This document shows, in pieces, positions 37,048-45,914 of a stretch of DNA of 64,000 bases. A program made the position numbers and the translations under genes. How positions within the stretch are numbered: the first letter of the stretch is position 1; each line of letters starts with the position of its first letter. The DNA is from an uncultured bacterium. GTDB taxonomy: Bacteria > Muiribacteriota > Ozemobacteria > Ozemobacterales > Ozemobacteraceae. The stretch is taken from the NCBI GenBank assembly GCA_964428355.1, contig CAYRYU010000004.1:67261-131260 (forward strand), written 5' to 3'. The notes below the pieces were generated by a model, which saw only the letters and a list, made by a program, of their open reading frames with translations, did not search any database and was not told the origin of the DNA.

Positions 37048-37464
37048 TCAGGCGGTCTCGAAGGAAAAATCGGGGGCCCGGAAGATCCACTTTTCGTGAG
37101 AGCGCAAAAGAGCCTCAGTGGAGGGAATTCCGTGCTCGTGAAGTTCGCGAGCGGTCTCATCCGCCATCGTCGCGGCGTAGTTTGCCTTTTTCACCAGTAG
37201 TCCGCGGTTAACCAGGTCGGAATAACCGTGCGGGTGGCATTTCCTCCAATGGGCTACTGCCAGAACGGCCCTGCCGGACAATTCCCGGTAATCTTCAGTC
37301 GAGATTTCCGGTGCGATGAGTTCTCGGACTGCGCAAGCTTTTCCAATCATTCTCGTTACTCCAGGTGCTGGGGTACACTTCATGATACCCCGTTTGCATC
37401 CGAATGCAAGGATTTTTTTCGGACTGACCGGTCTCGAGAAAGCCAAGGAAAAGCCGGAAAGCAA
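37048..37464 (-). CDS. Small hypothetical protein (138 aa)
   Basis: Its composition is balanced rather than R/G/P-rich. It is co-directional with, and upstream of, the C45 gene. No recognisable motif; weak support. Confidence 0.35.
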   Translation of the reverse strand: MLSGFSLAFSRPVSPKKILAFGCKRGIMKCTPAPGVTRMIGKACAVRELIAPEISTEDYRELSGRAVLAVAHWRKCHPHGYSDLVNRGLLVKKANYAATMADETARELHEHGIPSTEALLRSHEKWIFRAPDFSFETA

Positions 37465-37592
37465 GTCTTATGGCCTGCGAGGGTGGGAAGCGCCGACAAC
37501 GGATCCTGAAGTATAGTGTTGACCTGAAGTGGGAAAATGTGGTTGATTCTTCTGCCTCGAATTCGTCCTGGCAAGAAAATGGAGGACCGTCG

Positions 37593-38936
37593 ATGAAGGT
37601 CGTCATTTCCGGTGGCGGGGAACTCGGGCTTCTTTTCCTCAAAGAGCTTTCCGATGCCCACGATCTGTACGTCATCGAACCGAATCCCGGCATGGTGGAG
37701 CTTCTCGAGGAGTTCGACGCCCAGATCATCCAGGGAAATCCGACCGATCTCTCCATTCTCAAGTCAGCCCAGACTGGGGAGTCGGACTATTTCATTGCCT
37801 GCGCCCACTCCGACGAGGTGAACGTGATCGCCAGTCTTGCGGCAAAGCAGCTGGGAAAGGCCATCACCTTCTGTTTCGTCAACAAGGACCACTATTTCGA
37901 GACATTCCTGGGAGAGCTTGGTCAGCACCTAGTCATCGATCACCTCATCTGGCCCGAGAAACTCCTCGTAGAGGACATAACCCGGATCATCAGCGTTCCG
38001 GAGGCAGTCGACGTGGAGGTCATCGAGAAGGACGTCCTGAAGCTTCTGGAGTTCCCCCTCAAATCCGAAGGCCCATACGCTGGAAAACTGGTTCGGGAGC
38101 TGAACCTGCCGCCGGGTGTCCTGATGGTCGCGGTCGTCCGTGGAAGGGAGGTTTCCATTCCCGGGGGGCAGACCAAGCTGGAGGCCGGAGACAAGGTCAT
38201 CTTCATCGGAATCCAGAAAAGCATGCGCCAGATCGAAAGGCGGTTCGCCCCTTCACGGAAATCGCGCCAGGAGGTAACCATCGTCGGTGGTGGAATCGTG
38301 GGATTCATGCTTGCGAAGAGCCTCAAGGAGGTTGGGAATCTGGATATCAAGATCATCGAATCCTCCCTTCCGAAGTGCCAGTCGATTGCCGCCCAGCTTC
38401 CGGAGGATGTGCTGGTTCTAAACGGTGATGGAGCCGATATAGAGTTCCTTCAGGCGAATCAGATTCCCGAAAGTGAATGTCTCGTGGCGATGACCGAAAC
38501 CGACGAAAAGAACCTTCTCATCTCTCTCCTCGCCAAGCAGATGAAGGTTTCCAAGGTCATCACCCGGGTCAAGAAGCCGCGAAATGCTGAACTGTTCGAG
38601 AAGGTCGGAATCGACGTTTCCCTCAGTTCGAGGTCAACTGCGGTAAAGAATGTCATCCAGAGGGTCAACAGCCAGGGGATCAACCTGATGACCGTTATCG
38701 AAGAGGGAAAGGCCGAAATCCTCGAAGTCGAGGTTCCAGGAGATTTCAAAGCGGCTCCCCTCATGGAACTGAAGCTTCCGGAGGGAGTGCTGATCGCGGC
38801 CATAAGGCGAAGTGCCCATACCATCGTTCCTCACGGAGGCGACCGGATAAAGCCTGGAGACCGTCTCCGGATCTTCGCCACTGCCGGAAAGGGGCCGGCG
38901 GTTCGGGCGTTCTTTTCCCCGGATGGGCCGGCGTGA
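37593..38936 (+). CDS. trkA: Trk potassium uptake system NAD-binding component TrkA (two TrkA-N/TrkA-C pairs)
   Basis: MKVVISGGGELG... and a second Rossmann motif VTIVGGGIVGFMLA. The start is ATG 37593 with a GGAGG RBS; the longest ORF would start at 37470. Confidence 0.85.
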   Translation: MKVVISGGGELGLLFLKELSDAHDLYVIEPNPGMVELLEEFDAQIIQGNPTDLSILKSAQTGESDYFIACAHSDEVNVIASLAAKQLGKAITFCFVNKDHYFETFLGELGQHLVIDHLIWPEKLLVEDITRIISVPEAVDVEVIEKDVLKLLEFPLKSEGPYAGKLVRELNLPPGVLMVAVVRGREVSIPGGQTKLEAGDKVIFIGIQKSMRQIERRFAPSRKSRQEVTIVGGGIVGFMLAKSLKEVGNLDIKIIESSLPKCQSIAAQLPEDVLVLNGDGADIEFLQANQIPESECLVAMTETDEKNLLISLLAKQMKVSKVITRVKKPRNAELFEKVGIDVSLSSRSTAVKNVIQRVNSQGINLMTVIEEGKAEILEVEVPGDFKAAPLMELKLPEGVLIAAIRRSAHTIVPHGGDRIKPGDRLRIFATAGKGPAVRAFFSPDGPA

Positions 38937-38966
38937 CGTGATTTCAGACGAAATGAAGGCGATACC

Positions 38967-40427
38967 ATGATCCGCGTGAGGCTGGTGGCGGCCGTTATCG
39001 GCTACATCATCCGTTCCTTCGGATGGGTGATGGCAGTTCCGGTTCTCATTGCGGTGATGTACGGGGAAACCTATTCGGCCGGTTGTCTGCTGTTCACCTC
39101 TGTTCTGGCCTTCACCACCGGGCATCTTGCGACACTCCATCAGAAGGGAATGGATTTCGACGATCTGGAGCGGCTCGAGGGAATGGCCGTGGTCGCCTTC
39201 GGTTGGTTTTTCGTTTCAGTCTTCGGGGCGATCCCCTATCTGTTTTTTGGGCTCGGTTTTATCGATGCCCTCTTCGAATCGATGAGCGGGTTCACGACGA
39301 CCGGGGCGACGATACTCACGGATTTTTCCCGGTTTTCCATGTCCCTATTCTTCTTCCGCGGTTTCACGCATTTCATCGGAGGGATGGGAATTCTCGTCCT
39401 TTTCGTCGCGATCCTCCCCCATCTTGCAGTGGCGGGCCGTCAACTGTTTTTTGCTGAAACCTCCTCCGCTTCGAAGGAAAAGCTGACTCCCCACATCCGG
39501 GACACCGCGAGGCGCCTCTGGATCTGGTACACCTTTCTCACCTTGCTGGAGGCCGTTCTCCTGTATGCATTCGGAATGCCGATCAATGATGCCCTGGCCA
39601 ACTCCTTCGCAACCCTGGCGGCAGGTGGTTTCTCCCCGAACGGGCAGAGCATCATGGGTTACCACAGCCCGGCCGCCGAGTGGATCATCATCTTCTTCAT
39701 GTTCCTTGCTGGAGCGAACTTCACTCTACAGGTCAAGAGTCTCAACGGGAATTGGGGGGCACTGTTCCGGGATGTTGAGCTGCGGTTCTATCTCGTAATC
39801 ATCCTGGTTTCCACCCTGACCCTCTTTCTTGTCCTTGCGTTTCAGCCAGGACACGGTTTCGACGTTCCCACACTCCGTTCATGCCTTTTCCAGAACCTCA
39901 GCATCCTTACGACAACGGGTTTCGCGAGCGAGGATTTCGAATCGTGGAACACAAGGGCAAAGCTGGTCCTCTTCACCTTGTTCTTCATCGGCGGATGCTC
40001 CGGTTCGGCGGGTGGAGGAATCAAGGTTATAAGGGCATTGTTCCTGATCCGGTTTTTGATTCGGGGGATCTTCAAGGCGATCAACCTTCGGGCAGTCACA
40101 CCCGTAAGGCTGGGCAACCAGGTTTTCGACGTTTCCGATGTCCAACCGGTCCTGGTTTTCATCCTCGTCTATTTTTCAACTTATGTTATGGGTGGATTCT
40201 GCCTGGCTTTCATCGAGAACGACTTCACCCTCGGTTTCGCCGGGGCGATCGCCACTTTGGGCAACATCGGTCCGGGATTCGGAAGCATAGGCCCCATGGG
40301 GAGTTTCGCCGGACTTCATGCGGTCTCGAAGATGATCTGTTTCGTTCTGATGTGGGCGGGACGGCTCGAAGTGATCACGCTCGTGGTGTTTCTCAGCCCC
40401 TCGGTCTGGCGGAACATCCGTTGGTGA
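38967..40427 (+). CDS. trkH: TrkH-family potassium transporter membrane subunit
   Basis: 486 aa and polytopic. The TrkH/KtrB fold carries GFTTTGATIL and TTTGFASEDF selectivity-like segments. It lies 31 bp downstream of trkA. Confidence 0.9.
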   Translation: MIRVRLVAAVIGYIIRSFGWVMAVPVLIAVMYGETYSAGCLLFTSVLAFTTGHLATLHQKGMDFDDLERLEGMAVVAFGWFFVSVFGAIPYLFFGLGFIDALFESMSGFTTTGATILTDFSRFSMSLFFFRGFTHFIGGMGILVLFVAILPHLAVAGRQLFFAETSSASKEKLTPHIRDTARRLWIWYTFLTLLEAVLLYAFGMPINDALANSFATLAAGGFSPNGQSIMGYHSPAAEWIIIFFMFLAGANFTLQVKSLNGNWGALFRDVELRFYLVIILVSTLTLFLVLAFQPGHGFDVPTLRSCLFQNLSILTTTGFASEDFESWNTRAKLVLFTLFFIGGCSGSAGGGIKVIRALFLIRFLIRGIFKAINLRAVTPVRLGNQVFDVSDVQPVLVFILVYFSTYVMGGFCLAFIENDFTLGFAGAIATLGNIGPGFGSIGPMGSFAGLHAVSKMICFVLMWAGRLEVITLVVFLSPSVWRNIRW

Positions 40428-40524
40428 TTCCCCCCCCCGGACCCTGGTTAAAAGCCAACCAATCGCGTAACTCCGGGGTGGGAAAATGCGCGCGGTTGCG
40501 GTAAAATGTGAAAAACGGGAGGAA

Positions 40525-41646
40525 ATGATGAGCGAGAATATTGCCGAACCGGTGGTGGTTTCCCCAAATCCGACGGACCCCCAGGTCATCTTCACGAAGC
40601 TTTTCCTCAAAGCCCTCATTTCGACGGGGGCAAAATTCCCGATCGAAGCGCCATTCCGAAAGAACCTCCGTGAGATGTCCGACAACCTGGCTGAAACGAT
40701 CAGGGCGAACCAGTCCGTCGTATCCAAGGTCGGAAAGGGGGGGACTGTAGCTGCGGTTTCGACCCTGGTCTACTGGCTTGGATTCTATGCGGGGCATTTA
40801 TGGTTTCCCCCGGCAGGCTTGGCTTTCGCTCTGTTGGGTGCGGCGGGGATCACGACGGGGTACAAGATGATCTGCGAAGGTCGTCGCGACTTCGAGTTCA
40901 TCTCCCTCTACTATTCCTGCCTCCTTCTCATGCAAGGGGCTGACAACGTGATCAGCGACCAGGAGAGGAAGGTGGTGGCGAGCTTCCTGGATTCCCTTTC
41001 CCTGAAAGAGAAACAGAGGGAAGCTTTGGCGAAGATTCAGATCAGAAGCCTGGATGACATCTCCGTGCCCAACTGGCTCGATGCAGACCAGAAGCGAGCC
41101 CTTTTCATGGGCTGCTGGAGCCTCGTCTATTGTGACGGGGTCGCCGATGTCGAAACCCGGCTTTTTTCGGAAATGGCACGGAAGTTCGGCATCGATGAAA
41201 GCCTTGAAGCCGCGATCAAGAAAGAGGCGGAAGCCAACGTCGAAGCCATCGAGGAAAAGATCCTGAGAACCGGCGCAACAGTGATGGCTTTCGCCACGTC
41301 AGAACTGGTCGACCCGGAAGCTGTCATCGACCTCGTTTCATCTCTCAGCATAAAGGTAGTGTCCCGCGAGACCACCCGTGAACGAATGAAAGCAGCCGCC
41401 CCCGCCGCCGGATCCCCCGCCGGCGCACCCAATCAAGAAGAAGAACCCGCGGCTCTGCCGACGATCCTGATGTCCTCATACGTGATGTCCCGGGGTCTTC
41501 TGAGGGGCAAGTCCGACGCCGGACCCGAACTCGATGCGAAGTTCCTCGAACACTGCCGGAAATCGGGAGCGGAAGCCCTTGGGAAGGAGTTCCCGGCATT
41601 CGCGGGAGAAGCCTTTTCCCTCTTTCGAAGGGGAATCACCGGCTGA
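40525..41646 (+). CDS. Membrane-anchored TerB-like domain protein (paralogue 1)
   Basis: Its hydrophobic hairpin reads KGGTVAAVSTLVYWLGFYAGHLWFPPAGLAFALLGAAGITTGYKMICEG. The TerB-like segment (WSLVYCDGVADVETRLFSEMARKFGID) has the ADG...E...L...G pattern. The start is at MMSENIAEP with a GGGAGG RBS. Confidence 0.55.
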   Translation: MMSENIAEPVVVSPNPTDPQVIFTKLFLKALISTGAKFPIEAPFRKNLREMSDNLAETIRANQSVVSKVGKGGTVAAVSTLVYWLGFYAGHLWFPPAGLAFALLGAAGITTGYKMICEGRRDFEFISLYYSCLLLMQGADNVISDQERKVVASFLDSLSLKEKQREALAKIQIRSLDDISVPNWLDADQKRALFMGCWSLVYCDGVADVETRLFSEMARKFGIDESLEAAIKKEAEANVEAIEEKILRTGATVMAFATSELVDPEAVIDLVSSLSIKVVSRETTRERMKAAAPAAGSPAGAPNQEEEPAALPTILMSSYVMSRGLLRGKSDAGPELDAKFLEHCRKSGAEALGKEFPAFAGEAFSLFRRGITG

Positions 41647-41853
41647 GGAGCAACTCCCCGAAGAGTCACCGGGGCGGAGTAGGTTCAAGCATCCCGAGCC
41701 GTGTGTGACGGTTATGTCACGCATGCTGTGACCGGTTTGGCGGCTTCTGGGGTGATACTGCGGCAAAAGGCGAACTGATCGGGTTTTCCGGCCTGGCACG
41801 GAACTTGTTATGTCTTGTCGTACCTTTAAAAAAAGAGGCGGAGGGCGACGAAA

Positions 41854-43443
41854 ATGATTATAGAGAAAGGGAGCTCCGAACCCAGGAACGAGGAAACCAT
41901 GACCGCGAACTCGAAGCCGAATTCCGAGAAATCTTCGGGCTCGGGTATTTCACGCCGCAACGGCTCTGCAAAAGACGGCCGAAGCGAATCCGCGGAAAAC
42001 GGGGAATCGACCGGTAAGAAAGTGGACTCCCAGGAAGTCGATCTCGAATTCCAGGAAGCCCTCAAGAAAGTGGCTTCGGATTCCGGGGAAGGGGCGGAAA
42101 AGGTCACCGGATCGCGACCCGAACCCCTCCTGAGAACCGGAAAGAAGAAGGTTGCTGGGCGCGGTGATGGCGAGATGATGAAAATACCCGTGATCCCACC
42201 CCGGGATCCGGAAAACCCCGGTTCCGATGGGGATGGCCCGAACTGGACCGAGTGGATAATCGACTCCAACCCCATGTATCTCATCAGCGTCCTGATGATG
42301 ATGTATGGCCTGATGTTGGTCAGTCGGGAAGCCCTCGAGAACAACATCGGGGTCGGAACGGTCACACTCTTCTTCGGGATCCAGAACGTGTATGAGATCG
42401 TTCTTGTTGCCATGGGAATCTTCCTGCTCAAGACCCAGACCAATCTTCGTCATGGAAAGATGCTGCTCTTCTTCATCATGGCTTTCATGGCCGACCTGAC
42501 GGGGTACATGGTCCGGATCTCGGCGATGGATGCCACCTGGGGAAAAACGGTCGCTCTTTCCTATCTCGTTCTCGGGGCTTTCAAGATCATTGCCGTGGTC
42601 CAGTATCTCAAGATCACCCCCCGCTGGGAACGGCTCGTCTACCCGATTTCGGCTTTCGCCATCATCTATTTCGCTCCCCAATATCTGTACCATGTCATGG
42701 ATTCGGTGGGCAAGGGAAGCGCGGTCGCCGGCCAGCCTGCCTCGTTCTTCTCCGGCCATACCGAGGTCTACATGATCTGGCTTTTCGCCGCCTTCATCCA
42801 GATTCCCACCATCGTCGGCACCTGGAAGAACAACGACCTCGAAGAGGACGTGTACAACCCGTGCTTCGGCAACGAACGGCATTTCTATTGGGGGATCCTC
42901 CTGTTCCCCTTCATCGTCCTTCCCTACCAGCTGTTCAAGAACGTTCTTGCCGATGCCGCTTCCGCGAACTCCGCCCTGGCCAACATGAACTTCGTTTTGA
43001 TTCCCTATGCCCTGTTCGGGATCTTTTTCACCCAGGCTTTCTTCCGGAAGTACATCGAAAGGGAAATCTCCCTCAACCTGTATGATTTCTGCATGTTGAT
43101 GCTCGCCTTCCTTTTCTCCCTGGGAACCGACCAGAGCACCGAAGTGGTCGCCCCCCTCGCTTTCGTTAACAAGCTCCTGGTCGTCTGCGGACATGCGGCG
43201 GTCGCCGTCAGTCGCAAGAATGCCCTGTCCGCAGGGTTCCTCGCCTCCGTTGCCCTCTACTACTGCTTCGGCATGATCAAATACGGCGCGGGCCGGGCCT
43301 ACGACTACGCCTCCCAGCTTTCCCGCGTCGCGTGGGCCGGTATCCTCATGGTCGGTTCCTTCGCGTTCCTCGGCCTCGGATTCTTCCTCAGCCTCAAGAG
43401 TCGCCCCCGGAGGGTCTTGACCCCCGGCACCGAAAACGCCTGA
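41854..43443 (+). CDS. Polytopic membrane protein of unknown function with a roughly 130-aa disordered, Ser/Gly/Glu-rich N-terminus
   Basis: 529 aa with at least 10 predicted TM helices (for example LISVLMMMYGLMLV and LLFFIMAFMADLTGYMV). There is a GGAGGG RBS before ATG 41854. Confidence 0.6.
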   Translation: MIIEKGSSEPRNEETMTANSKPNSEKSSGSGISRRNGSAKDGRSESAENGESTGKKVDSQEVDLEFQEALKKVASDSGEGAEKVTGSRPEPLLRTGKKKVAGRGDGEMMKIPVIPPRDPENPGSDGDGPNWTEWIIDSNPMYLISVLMMMYGLMLVSREALENNIGVGTVTLFFGIQNVYEIVLVAMGIFLLKTQTNLRHGKMLLFFIMAFMADLTGYMVRISAMDATWGKTVALSYLVLGAFKIIAVVQYLKITPRWERLVYPISAFAIIYFAPQYLYHVMDSVGKGSAVAGQPASFFSGHTEVYMIWLFAAFIQIPTIVGTWKNNDLEEDVYNPCFGNERHFYWGILLFPFIVLPYQLFKNVLADAASANSALANMNFVLIPYALFGIFFTQAFFRKYIEREISLNLYDFCMLMLAFLFSLGTDQSTEVVAPLAFVNKLLVVCGHAAVAVSRKNALSAGFLASVALYYCFGMIKYGAGRAYDYASQLSRVAWAGILMVGSFAFLGLGFFLSLKSRPRRVLTPGTENA

Positions 43444-43493
43444 CAAAGAAGCTTTTCGACGGTCCTCCGCCCTCCGGAAGTTTGTCCCATCCC

Positions 43494-43519
43494 ACCCCCC
43501 TCGCCGGGGGTTTTTTTTT
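43494..43519 (+). terminator. Rho-independent terminator after the membrane-protein gene
   Basis: CCCCCC-tcgcc-GGGGG is followed by T9 (43511-43519). Confidence 0.5.
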
Positions 43520-43532
43520 GCCCGTACTTCGG

Positions 43533-43561
43533 TTCACAAAACCACCCCTCTCGGGTAGAAT
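43533..43561 (+). promoter_or_regulatory. Sigma70-like promoter for TerB-like paralogue 2
   Basis: TTCACA (43533-43538), a 17-nt spacer, then TAGAAT (43556-43561). There is a GGGAGGG RBS before ATG 43590. Confidence 0.35.
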
Positions 43562-43589
43562 GTCGGAAACCATTTGGGAGGGTACAGGG

Positions 43590-44699
43590 ATGACCGATCA
43601 ACTTGCGGACCCAGTCGGACGTGAAGCCACCATGGATTTCAGTCCCCAGGTTCTCTGGACACGGCTTTTCGTGAAATCCGTCATTTCCACCAAGACCGGT
43701 TTCTTCATATCGAAGGAGTTCAAAAGTGACCTCCTTGGATTGATGAAGAACCTGATGGCCTCGATCAAGGCACACCACTCGCAGATTTCGGGAGTTGCCA
43801 AGGGGGGAACCATCGCGGCCGGGTTCACCCTGCTTTACTGGCTTGGATGCTACGCGGGATTGACGTTTTTTCCTCCCATCGGCTTCGCCGTAGCGGTTCT
43901 GGGGGCAGCGGGGGTGACTTCAGGTTACAAGCTCATCTGTGACAGCCAGAGGAACTACGAGTTCATCAAGGTCTACTACTCGTGCCTTCTTCTTCTGGAG
44001 GCAGCGGACAACGTTTTCTCCGACCAGGAAAAGAAGATGATGGGGGAGTTCGTTGCTTCCCTCCCGCTGAACGATCGGGAGCGCAGCGACCTTCTCGCCA
44101 CGAAGATACCGAAGCTCGAGGAGTTGCAGATTCCGAACTGGCTGTCCGAGGAGCAGAAGAGAACCATCCTTCTGGGATGCTGGAGCCTGGTATATTGCGA
44201 CGGTGTTGCCCCAGTCGAAACGGATCTTTTTGGAAGGTTGGGGGGAAAGTTCGGCTTCGATCCACGTGAGATCGAGGAGATCAAGAGCGATGCCCAACGC
44301 TCGATCGAGTCACTCGAGCAGGCGATGGTTGACGCTGGCGCGGTCGCATGCAAGCTGATGCCCAAGGAGAACAAAGCGATCGAGAACAGGATCATCGAGC
44401 TGCTCACCTCGCTGAGCATCAAGATCGTTTCCCCCGGGGAAATCGAGGAGAGGTTCCGTGCGAAGTTGAAAAGCGAAGGGCTGTTCAAGGAACTCGAGAA
44501 AGACCCCCCGGCTTTCGAAACCGTTCTCGCGGGGGCCTACATCATGGGGAAAGGCCTTTTCGGAGGGGAGGATTTCTTCGCCAGCTCCTTCACCATCCAC
44601 TTTGTCGAAACTGCCGACCGGATCGGCCGACAACGCGAGGGGCGCGAGTTCCTCAAGACGGTGGACGAAATCCACGGGGAGTTCCAGGCTCTCGGATGA
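43590..44699 (+). CDS. Membrane-anchored TerB-like domain protein (paralogue 2)
   Basis: Paralogue of 40525-41646. KGGTIAAGFTLLYWLGCYAGLTFFPPIGFAVAVLGAAGVTSGYKLICDS corresponds to the paralogue-1 hairpin, and WSLVYCDGVAPVETDLFGRLGGKFGFD to its TerB segment. The start is set by N-terminal alignment to paralogue 1 (MTDQLADPVGREATMDFSPQV versus MSENIAEPVVVSPNPTDPQV). Confidence 0.55.
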   Translation: MTDQLADPVGREATMDFSPQVLWTRLFVKSVISTKTGFFISKEFKSDLLGLMKNLMASIKAHHSQISGVAKGGTIAAGFTLLYWLGCYAGLTFFPPIGFAVAVLGAAGVTSGYKLICDSQRNYEFIKVYYSCLLLLEAADNVFSDQEKKMMGEFVASLPLNDRERSDLLATKIPKLEELQIPNWLSEEQKRTILLGCWSLVYCDGVAPVETDLFGRLGGKFGFDPREIEEIKSDAQRSIESLEQAMVDAGAVACKLMPKENKAIENRIIELLTSLSIKIVSPGEIEERFRAKLKSEGLFKELEKDPPAFETVLAGAYIMGKGLFGGEDFFASSFTIHFVETADRIGRQREGREFLKTVDEIHGEFQALG

Positions 44700-45889
44700 G
44701 GCGAAACTCGTTCAGGAGCCGCTGGGGGTTCGACCCGGAAATCGATTTCCTCAACCACGGCTCCTTCGGCGCCTGCCCCATGGATGTCCTTGCCTTTCAG
44801 CAGGCCTTGCGCCACGAGATGGAACGCGAACCGATCGTCTTTTTGTGGCGTTGTCACGAAGGGCTGCTCGAGGAGGCCAGACTGCGTCTCGGCAAGTTCC
44901 TCCGCTGTCGGCCCCGCGACATCGCGTTCGTTCCAAACGCCACCACCGGGGTCAACACTGTTCTGGCCTCATTTCCGCTCCAACCGGGCGATGAGATCCT
45001 CGTTACCGACCACGGATACAAGGCCTGCAACAATGCCGCGGAACGGTGGGCGGGGGAACGGGGGGCCAAGGTCGTGACCGCCCGGGTTCCTTTTCCGATC
45101 GAGGGTCCCGGGGAGGTTCTCGAAGCCCTGCTTTCGAAGGTGTCCCGAAAGACCAGGCTTGCCGTGGTGGACCACGTCTCCAGCCCGACTGCCCTCGTCT
45201 TCCCGATCCGGAAGATTGTCGGGGAGCTTTCCCGGCGGGGCGTAGAGACCTTGGTGGACGGCGCGCACGGCCCCGGGATGCTTCCCCTCGACCTGAAGTC
45301 CATTGGAGCAGCATTCTACACGGGAAACCTGCACAAATGGGTCTGCGCCCCAAAGGGGGCAGGGTTCCTTCACATCCGCGAAGACTGGCAGGCAAGAATC
45401 CAACCTCTCGTAACCAGCCATGGGCTTTCTTCCACCCGGACGGATCGTTCGCGGTTCCTGCTCCAGTTCGACTGGACCGGGACGGATGATCCCACTCCGT
45501 TTCTTTCCTTTCCCTCCGCCCTGGCGTTCCTGGAAGGGCTTTTCCCAGGAGGGTTTTCCGGATTGTACAAGGCGAACCGCGCGCTCGCGATCGAGGCCAG
45601 GGAACTCCTGTGCCGTCAACTGGGGATCGCCCCTCCCTGCCCCAGAAGCATGCTTGGAAGCATGGCTGCAATTCCGCTTCCCGACGGGCCAGTCACCGAG
45701 ACGCCAGTTGCACCTTTGTTCCTCGACCGGCTTCACGAAAGGTTGTTCTCGAAATGCCGGATCGAGGTTCCCGTTTCGAACTGGCCGGCCTATCCAAGAC
45801 GGGTGTTGCGCATTTCCGCCCAGGCGTACAACGACATTTCCCAGTTCGACAGGCTGGGAAACGCGATTTCCTTCGAACTGGGCCTCTGA
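44696..45889 (+). CDS. Aminotransferase class V-fold PLP enzyme (isopenicillin-N-epimerase / cysteine-desulfurase-like)
   Basis: It carries FLNHGSFGACP, AFVPNATTGVN and LVDGAHGPGMLPLDL...TGNLHKW (the PLP Lys). The start overlaps the previous stop in an ATGA arrangement; the longest ORF (44348) is a GC artefact. Confidence 0.8.
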   Translation: MRRNSFRSRWGFDPEIDFLNHGSFGACPMDVLAFQQALRHEMEREPIVFLWRCHEGLLEEARLRLGKFLRCRPRDIAFVPNATTGVNTVLASFPLQPGDEILVTDHGYKACNNAAERWAGERGAKVVTARVPFPIEGPGEVLEALLSKVSRKTRLAVVDHVSSPTALVFPIRKIVGELSRRGVETLVDGAHGPGMLPLDLKSIGAAFYTGNLHKWVCAPKGAGFLHIREDWQARIQPLVTSHGLSSTRTDRSRFLLQFDWTGTDDPTPFLSFPSALAFLEGLFPGGFSGLYKANRALAIEARELLCRQLGIAPPCPRSMLGSMAAIPLPDGPVTETPVAPLFLDRLHERLFSKCRIEVPVSNWPAYPRRVLRISAQAYNDISQFDRLGNAISFELGL

Positions 45890-45914
45890 CAGCGGTTGAG
45901 CCTTTCCCGCCCCT

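Noticed and set aside
41950-43446. 498-aa minus-strand ORF
   Set aside because: It is antisense to the polytopic membrane protein gene, which has a strong RBS and coherent TM helices. The antisense translation is an acidic/Gly low-complexity sequence.
44348-44695. 5' extension of the aminotransferase ORF (the track starts it at 44348)
   Set aside because: The extension overlaps the upstream TerB-like gene in another frame and is Arg/Gly-rich. The ATG at 44696 overlaps the upstream stop (ATGA) and precedes the conserved aminotransferase N-terminus.
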